Source: Azolla caroliniana
Taxonomy: Eukaryota > Plantae > Polypodiophyta
Assembly: GCA_043228905.1 (NCBI GenBank)
Contig: JBHGNT010001167.1
Span: 1-11,308 of the forward strand
DNA: 11,308 nucleotides
Direction: 5' to 3'
The notes beneath the pieces were generated by a model. The model had not been told where the DNA came from. It saw only the letters and a program-made list of their open reading frames with translations, and ran no database searches. The position numbers and the translations under genes are program-made. This document shows positions 1-6,416 of this stretch, one piece after another; position 1 is the first letter of the stretch, and each line of letters starts with the position of its first letter.

Positions 1-2
1 TC

Positions 3-890
3 CTGGCTCGGGAAGATCTAACGAACCAGGTGGAAGGCCGGGCCCTTCAGAACAAAACGACTGCGGCCGTATGTCGGTTCCTGCTAGAGGACGTAATAAG
101 CCGGTACGGGTGCGTCGGGAAGATCGTGGCTGATCGCGGGGAGTTGGACGCCGAAGAGGCCGAGGAGCTGTTCGACCGGTTAGGGGTCAAGCTCTCGCTT
201 ACCACTGCGTACAATCCAGAGGCAAATGGGAAGGTGGAGCGCGGACACGGGCCGATCGTCAAGGCGTTAGTTCGGGCATGCGGAGGTCGAGTCGGTAACT
301 GGCCGCGGCTACTGCCTTACGCGTTGTGGGCTGACCGGACTACGCACAGTTCGGTAACCGGATTCATGCCGGCAGAGCTCATGTTTGGGCAGAAGCCGAT
401 CATGTCGATCGAACGTACGGTCTCCTCATGGGCAACCGTGGGCTGGAGAGACGAGATGAGCCGGGAGGAACTGCTGACGGCGCGCATACGACAGCTCGAG
501 CGGAGACCGGAGGACGTGGAGCAGGCTGCGGAAAAGCTTCGGGAAGCAAGGATGAGGAACAAAGCCTGGTTCGACCGAACACACCGGCTCCGACCGAAGA
601 AGATCGAGGAAGGCCACTGGGTGCTAGTCTACGACAGCGGCCTCGACAACCAGCACCGGGCGACACGGAAGTTCGCAAGAAGGTGGTTCAGGCCTTACGT
701 GGTACAAAGCGCCAACGACAACGGGACGTACCATCTGGCGGAACTCGACGGTACGAGAATGACAATACCGGTAGCTGGGAAGCGGATCAAGACGTTCAAG
801 AAGCGTCACGACGACGAGCCGGATCAGGTTGACTTGGACCGCGACGACGAGCGACCCGAAACCGAGGAAGAACCGACGCGCGGGGAATGA
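3..890 (+). CDS. pol: Gypsy pol C-terminus: integrase core plus GPY/F (SH3-like) domain and acidic tail; 5'-partial
   Basis: The frame is open from the window edge (LAREDLTNQVEGRAL...) with no internal stop. Motifs: RYGCVGKIVADRGE, AYNPEANGKVER, WPRLLPYALWADRTT..SVTGFMPAELMFG, KFARRWFRPYVV...NGTYHLAELDG. Confidence 0.92.
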   Translation: MAREDLTNQVEGRALQNKTTAAVCRFLLEDVISRYGCVGKIVADRGELDAEEAEELFDRLGVKLSLTTAYNPEANGKVERGHGPIVKALVRACGGRVGNWPRLLPYALWADRTTHSSVTGFMPAELMFGQKPIMSIERTVSSWATVGWRDEMSREELLTARIRQLERRPEDVEQAAEKLREARMRNKAWFDRTHRLRPKKIEEGHWVLVYDSGLDNQHRATRKFARRWFRPYVVQSANDNGTYHLAELDGTRMTIPVAGKRIKTFKKRHDDEPDQVDLDRDDERPETEEEPTRGE

Positions 891-950
891 AGGCTGGACC
901 GGTTTTCTCCGTCCCAACACAATTTGGCGCATGCCAGTGGATGCGCGGTT

Positions 951-963
951 AGGTGGGGGCGGA
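951..963 (+). other. Polypurine tract of the Gypsy element
   Basis: AGGTGGGGGCGGA lies directly before TGTCG at 964, about 60 bp after the pol stop. Confidence 0.8.
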
Positions 964-1113
964 TGTCGTGAAGAAAACCGTCCACAAGCGGAATCGGTGT
1001 ACCGGAGCGTAGAAACCGACTCTTCATGCACGTGCGCCTTAAGTTGTACATAGGAGATCCTAGGTAAATTCGGTAGGTAGGGAGTAAAGGGGGGAAACGG
1101 CTCCTTCCTTGCC

Positions 1114-1120
1114 TATAAAA
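1114..1120 (+). promoter_or_regulatory. TATA box in Gypsy LTR U3
   Basis: CCTATAAAAGG occurs 150 bp into the LTR and is followed by CT-rich sequence. Confidence 0.65.
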
Positions 1121-1512
1121 GGAGGGAGACGAGGAGAGTAAAGGGATCGCAGAGAGTCGAGGACGAAGTGCTGTCGGATTGGGCGCGAAGGCTTCTCTCT
1201 CTCTCTCTGGTTCGCAGACTCCTTAGCTTCCTTCTGTGCAGGTTTCGGGAGGCTCGCGCTGCTCTGAGGAATGCCCGAGTGCTTCCGGCAGCGCCTCCAA
1301 CCTGTTCCTGTCTTTCTGTGCGTTCACGAACAGGTATCGGCATCTGTCCGCCGGCCTGTTCGGTTGTAACCGACTTCGTGTTTTGTTGTCTTCGTGTTCT
1401 TGTTGTTTGTCTGTCAATACATACATACTTTCGTGTCTTTCTGTGTCGCTGTCCCATTCGCGTCTTTGCGTCGAAGGGCCGTGTCCCTGTGAATCTACGC
1501 TCGCACGTAGTG

Positions 1513-1514
<2 letters not shown>

Positions 1515-1544
<30 letters not shown>
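1515..1544 (+). repeat. (TC)15 microsatellite within the Gypsy LTR
   Basis: Directly visible. A shorter CT run lies near 1195-1208. Confidence 0.95.
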
Positions 1545-1548
<4 letters not shown>

Positions 1549-1611
1549 TCTTTGGTACAGGACCCCCGAGGTCCCGCCTCACTCCACGCATCCGCGAGGA
1601 ATACCTCGACA

Positions 1612-1895
1612 ACGTGTAAATAAAATATTCACACCCTAAAGAATACATGATTTTTACCTTTTAATAAAGGTATGTGTAAATAAAGGTCTTATACGTATTA
1701 AATCTATATGTATAACACTAAAGATAAGTTATTACAATGGTAAAGTTGGGGTTTATCTACATGGAGGTGTAGGGTTCGAATCATGCCCTATGCACGTGAT
1801 AAATGTTTTGATATATTATTTATTTATTTATATGTATCTAAAATCGGATATATTATTTTATGGTTTTCACGTAGTGTGTGGAATACACTACGACA
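1612..1895 (+). mobile_element. AT-rich putative LTR terminal fragment (element X)
   Basis: Ends GGAATACACTACGACA, resembling the Gypsy LTR end GGAATACCTCGACA. Copia integrase codons (RSDGGQEY) begin immediately afterwards. Confidence 0.55.
1730..1782 (+). promoter_or_regulatory. Degenerate tRNA-like Pol III internal promoter (A box plus B box)
   Basis: A-box-like TATTACAATGG at 1730-1740 and B box GGTTCGAATC at 1773-1782, at tRNA-like spacing. No intact cloverleaf. Confidence 0.45.
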
Positions 1896-1896
1896 A

Positions 1897-4354
1897 CGGT
1901 CTGATGGTGGCCAAGAATACTTCTCAACCGAGTTCAAGGCCTTTCTAGAAGAGAAGGGGATTCGCCGGGAATTCTCTTGCTGGTACACACCACAACAAAA
2001 CGGTGTTGCTGAGCAGAAGAATCGCACAATTCTTGAGATGGCCCGTGCCATGCTATAGGAGAAGAAGATGCCCAAGATCTATCGAGCAAAGACAGCAGTT
2101 ACGATTGTGTATCTTATCAATAGATGCATGACTGAGGGTGTCCATGACATCACCCCTCACGAGAAGTATTTTGGGACAAAGTCAGACCTTTTGCACTTGA
2201 AGGTTTTTTGCAGCATTGCATTTGTGCATGTCCCTGATGAGAAGCGGAGAAAGCTTGACCCAAAATCGGAGAAGATGATCCTCGTCGATTACAAGTAAGC
2301 CGACAGTCACGAGTAAGTCGAGATGTGGTATTTGATGAGGTGACATCATGGTATGGCCCAACATCAGTGACCCCCGTCGTGCTCGAAACAAGCAGATTTG
2401 GAGCAGATTCTCAGAGTGAAGAAGAAGAGATGCTAACGACCATTATGGGTGGAGAACCAGCAAAGATTTTGCCCACACTCTAGCTGACTGGACCTGAGGT
2501 GTCATCCAGCAATCAGAGTCTTGCACAGCATGAAGAAGCCTCTGATGTGCTGTCAGCTTGATGCTACACCCATAGAAAGAAAAAAAAGGGCAAGAGGCCA
2601 AGGACATGACATCCAGTGGAGACTCAGATCATTCACCCCGATCAATCAACAGCAAGCCTGAAACGAAGAAGGCCCCAGAAGTGACCAAAGGAAAACTCCG
2701 TCTATCGAACCAACAAAAGAACTCGATTTTTAGGTTTCGGTACAATGAGTACATGGCCCACCATTATGCATTCATGATGAAGGTCAGAGCTGACCAATAA
2801 CCCGAGACTTACAAAGAAGTTTCCCAAGATCCCCTGTGGATCGAGGCAATGAGGGAGGACATGCGCACGTTCTTTGACAACGATACTTGGGATTTAGTCC
2901 CATCCTCTAAAGTCAAGAAAAAAGCCAATTGGTTGTCTTTGGGTGTTCAAGATAAAGCATAATACAGATGACACGGTCAATCGGTTCAAGGCTCGGCTAG
3001 TCACCAAAGGGTATGCTCAAACCCATGGCATAGACTATGAGGAGACATTTGCCCTGGTGGCAAAAATGACCACTGTGAGGACGATAATTGAACTCGCAGC
3101 AGCAAAAGGATGGCACTTGCATCAAATGGATGTGAAGAACACATTCCTCCAAGGTGAGCTTGAGGAGGAAGTTTACATGATACAACCACCTGGCTTCGAA
3201 TCAAACAAACACCCACATGCAATTTGCCGATTGAAGAAGCCGCTCTATGGACTGAAGCGAGCCCCAAGGGCATGGCATTCAAAGATCACATCATATCTTC
3301 ACAACATTGGCTTCCGGATGTCAAAATCTGACAACTCATTGTATGTTCAGAACAATCCCAAAAGCCCCATCTTCTTAATCTTGTATGTCGATGACCTTAT
3401 CATCGGTGGAGAAAGTCTCACTGAGACACAAAAGATTAAAAAGTTGCTTTTGTAGAAGTTCGAGATGAAGGATCTGAATGACTTACATTATTTTCTCGGC
3501 ATCGAGGTCATTCAAACTCCGGAAGGGTTCCTAGTCTCACAACGACACTATGTGTTGAACTTGCTCTACAAGTTCGGAATGATCGAGTGTAAGTCCATCT
3601 AGACACCCCTTGATCAAAATATGACGCTAACTACAGATTCTAGAAAATAATTGGCAATCTTATCTACTTAACTATCACCTGACCAGACCTCAACTATCCA
3701 GTCAGGGTTCTTAGCCAGTTCATGGAAACCCCCCACGACACTCATATGGATTGTGCTAAGCGAGCGTTACGTTATATTAGTGGAACACTTGATTATGGTA
3801 TCTTCTATAAGCGTGGAGGACCACTTCGACTCGAAGGCTTCACGGATGCTGACTGGGTGGGCAATGCATCTGATAGGCGTATCCACTTCGGGATTTATGT
3901 TTTCACTCGGTAGTGGAGCAGTCTCTTGGAGTAGCAACCAACAGTCGCTCTATTGAGCACTGAGGCGGAGTATAGGGCCACAACTATAGCTGCTTGCGAA
4001 GCTGTATGGCTTAAAAGACTGCTGAAAAACTTCAACGAATTGGTGAACAAGCCAATACTGATCCACTGCGATAATCTCGGCAACATCTAGCTCGCAAAGA
4101 ATCCGGTGTCCCGGACTAAGCACATAGAGGTGCACTATCATTACATCCGTGAGCGTATATTGGCCGGCGACATTGACCTCCAATATGTTGGCACCACCAT
4201 GCAAGTGGCCAATATTTTCACTAAGGCGCTAGGTCTCGACAAGCTACGACAATTCTCAATGGATCTAAGCCTTAGACCACTCAATATGATGATCTTGGGG
4301 GAGAGTACAAGTACAAACACAAAGGAAAACATGGAGAATCAGCACCATACATGA
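1897..4354 (+). pseudogene. pol: Copia-1 pol pseudogene (integrase C-half, RT, RNase H)
   Basis: Motifs RSDGGQEY, YTPQQNGVAE, SRDVVFDE, FKARLVTKGYAQ, QMDVKNTFLQGEL, LYGLK, LYVDD (YVDD 3384-3395), FTDADW, RTKHIEVHYH, ANIFTKAL. Many stops, frameshifts and short deletions (near 2290, 3648 and 4108). Confidence 0.93.
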
Positions 4355-4609
4355 GGAAGAGTGAGACCGGCATTGGCAAAGTAAGGCCGACACATCTAAT
4401 CCAACTTGACCCAGCAAGTTAGAGGAAGACTTTCCAAAGCCCAGAATTTTTGAAGCTCGAAATTTTGGATCGGTAAGATCGACATTGCTAGATCAAGATC
4501 GAATACATAAGAACAATGGGAAAACCACGGTCTAGTAGTCTGACCAACTGCAATCAGGTCTTCAACTACACCAAGACAACCAAGCTTAAGAGGACACACA
4601 ATTGACCTT

Positions 4610-4618
4610 GAGGGGGCG
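4610..4618 (+). other. Polypurine tract of Copia-1
   Basis: (TT)GAGGGGGCG lies directly before TGTTGAG, a typical Copia PPT/LTR junction. Confidence 0.85.
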
Positions 4619-5050
4619 TGTTGAGAATCAAGCTCAACTTGTGTGAACATTGTGCTTATGAAGAAAAGGACGATGTGTGAAAAAGTGTGTGAGCACACTT
4701 TATTGTAATCCGTGTAGTTGTCAAGTGTTAATGTGGTCAAAGAATATTAGATATTCTTATGAAAAAATTGTACTAAAGTGAATATCTTGATTAGATTCCA
4801 CCAACACATTTAATATGGAAGTCCCTTGAGGACTTGTATATAAAACCCTGTTTGCCCATTCTGTTTCGTTGATGATCTTTAGTTAATTAATATATATCTC
4901 TTAAGTGCATAAGTTGTCATCCCCCCACTGTGTGTCCTTATTTTTCTGGTTATTCTCTCTAATCCTTCTCTTGCTTATACACTCACCCTCTCTCACACAC
5001 ACACACTATGCTTCTGAATACCCAACTTTACTAGAGTTAGATTCTTTACA
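4619..5050 (+). repeat. Copia-1 3' LTR (432 bp)
   Basis: Starts TGTTGAGAATCAAGCTCAAC and ends ATTCTTTACA; both ends match the Copia-2 LTR ends. TATATAAAA at 4837-4845 and (CA)6 at 4994-5005. Confidence 0.85.
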
Positions 5051-5127
5051 TGTATGAACCTCCATTTCTATTTTGTTCTCTCATAAACTGTTCAAGTCTT
5101 GGTTGCGGCTGAGCGCTATTCCGCACA
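5051..5127. mobile_element. Short putative LTR terminal fragment (element Y)
   Basis: Non-coding, ends TTCCGCACA with a subterminal TGCGG/CCGCA stem, at the point where Copia-3 protein similarity stops. Confidence 0.35.
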
Positions 5128-5874
5128 CATCGTCTAGCCGACTGGCTGAAATCATATTCAATCTGACTTCCGAAACGTGACGCACTTCTCTCAATAGTAG
5201 TTTGCACCATGTTGATGTTGTCAAACACACATCTCCTATGTCGACAATTCAACATGCTCCTTCATTCCCCATCCTTACACAACCGTGATGTCTGGCTCTG
5301 TATGATGAGAAGCAGTTTCAATCGAGAGTCAAATGGAATGACGCTCCGGAGTCGACCACCCGTGTCGTTTCGTCACTTACAAGGTGTAGCTCACTCTCCT
5401 CGGTGATGAGCAGTAGTTCCTCTTTGCTTGTCGTGATTGTCGATGTTCCTCTTCATTCCGAAATCTTCTTCAGTTCGGAACTGTCGGCTCCCCCTTTGGC
5501 CTACCAGAAGTGCCAACAATTCTTTTGGAAATGGCCCGGCTTTCTACAATAGAAGAAGATGGCCCTCCCTGCCGACTTCGACCTCGTCCCCGACTTTTTG
5601 CGGTTCTGGGTATTTCTGTTCCGGCCTCTTCCCTGGTTTGTGTTGTATTCCGTGACTAAGGCTTTCGGGTCGGTTCCGGACTCTCGGTCCTTCCTGCGAG
5701 CTTCTTCATTTAGCAAGGTTTACTTCACTCTTGCTAGGGATAAGTGCTTCCCTTCCGGTCTGGCGTTGCCCAACGTGACAACCAACATCTCCCAACTATC
5801 CGGAAGGGATCCGAGTAGCAACAATACTAGTACCTCATCAACTAGGGTTACTTCTAGCGAGGTAGTCTGATTTA
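5128..5874 (-). pseudogene. gag-pol: Copia-3: Tnt1-like gag (C-half, zinc knuckle) plus aspartic protease fragment
   Basis: One frame with stops: LLLLGSLPDSWEMLVVTL, LLNEEARRK, degenerate knuckle FFYCRKPGHFQKNC, VVDSGASFH (DSG 5345-5353), VRMGNEGAC*IVDIGDVCL, LREVRHVSEVRLNMIS. The Tnt1 likeness is from recalled sequence. Confidence 0.88.
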
Positions 5875-6305
5875 TGAAAAGAATGACGTGCAGAAGCAAT
5901 ATAGGAAACCGAACAACAGAAAACACAGGTTTAATGGAAATCTTAGGTTTGCATAGTACACACGAGAGAGACAAAGAGAGAGTAAACACAAGAACTTAAT
6001 TCAAAATTAATACTCGATCTGTGCATCGTGTGTGTTCAATGGACACTTTTATACAAGTCCTTTTCGGACTGACAGAAGTATTGACAGTACTTCAATGCTC
6101 ATTAAGGAGCCCCTACCCTAACTCCCAAATATATTCCTTGCGGAATATCTTTCCGATGGCCTCCCAGTTTCCGCACCGATCCGGCCTTCCTACGCACCGT
6201 CCGGTCTACGTATAGAAACCGATCCGGCCTAACCGATCCGTCCCAACCGATCCGGTCCTCAGCTTGCTCAGCTGATCCGGACGATGTTGAGCTTGTCTCT
6301 CAACA
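5875..6305 (-). repeat. Copia-2 3' LTR (431 bp)
   Basis: On - it starts TGTTGAGAGACAAGCTCAAC after the PPT and ends ATTCTTTTCA. TATAAAA at 6047-6053. Copia-3 gag codons resume at 5874. Confidence 0.88.
6175..6280. repeat. Cluster of ACCGATCCGG-like motifs in Copia-2 U3
   Basis: Copies start at 6175, 6196, 6218, 6232, 6246 and 6271. Three are spaced 14 bp apart. Confidence 0.85.
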
Positions 6306-6314
6306 CTCCCCTTC
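6306..6314 (-). other. Polypurine tract of Copia-2
   Basis: (TT)GAAGGGGAG lies directly before TGTTGAG on -. Confidence 0.87.
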
Positions 6315-6416
6315 AAGCTCAACTTGAGGCTCTTCGGGATCTTCGGGATCACCGCTCCGGTTCCTCCCGACTCCACGCCTCACTCGCGCTCCTCAACTTG
6401 TTCGACTCCGCGCGCT

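Larger units (their letters stand above)
1..1611 (+). mobile_element. Ty3/Gypsy LTR retrotransposon, 3' part (integrase, PPT, 3' LTR); non-chromovirus type
   Basis: Integrase is the last pol domain before the PPT and a TG...CA LTR, which is the Gypsy domain order. No chromodomain follows the GPY/F-like region. Confidence 0.93.
964..1611 (+). repeat. Gypsy 3' LTR (648 bp)
   Basis: Starts TGTCG after the PPT and ends CGACA (5-bp terminal inverted repeat). It has an internal TATAAAA, and base composition switches abruptly to AT-rich after 1611. The partner LTR is not in the window. Confidence 0.85.
1896..5050 (+). mobile_element. Ty1/Copia LTR retrotransposon Copia-1, 3' half, degenerate
   Basis: Domain order is integrase, RT, RNase H, then PPT and a TG...CA LTR. 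Confidence 0.93.

Noticed and set aside
1113-1648. Several 114-151 aa ORFs on both strands
   Set aside because: They lie in the Gypsy LTR, translate microsatellite sequence (LSLSLS, ERERER) and show no recognisable domain.
1722-1795. Functional tRNA gene
   Set aside because: The A/B boxes are present, but the acceptor, anticodon and T stems do not pair convincingly.
1870-1904. Helitron-like 3' end (hairpin followed by CTGA then T)
   Set aside because: The CTGA lies within the Copia integrase codons for RSDGG, so the junction is at 1895/1896 and a CGACA LTR-type end fits better.
5720-5989. 89-aa ORF as a standalone membrane protein
   Set aside because: It is a chimera: the N-terminal part reads through the Copia-2 LTR and the rest is Copia-3 gag.
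6175-6280. CRISPR-like repeat array
   Set aside because: Units are about 10 bp with 4-15 bp gaps, inside a eukaryotic LTR, with no cas genes.
4619-6305. The two Copia LTRs as inverted termini of one element
   Set aside because: Each has its own PPT and pol on the outer side and the interiors differ. They are 3' LTRs of two convergent relatives.
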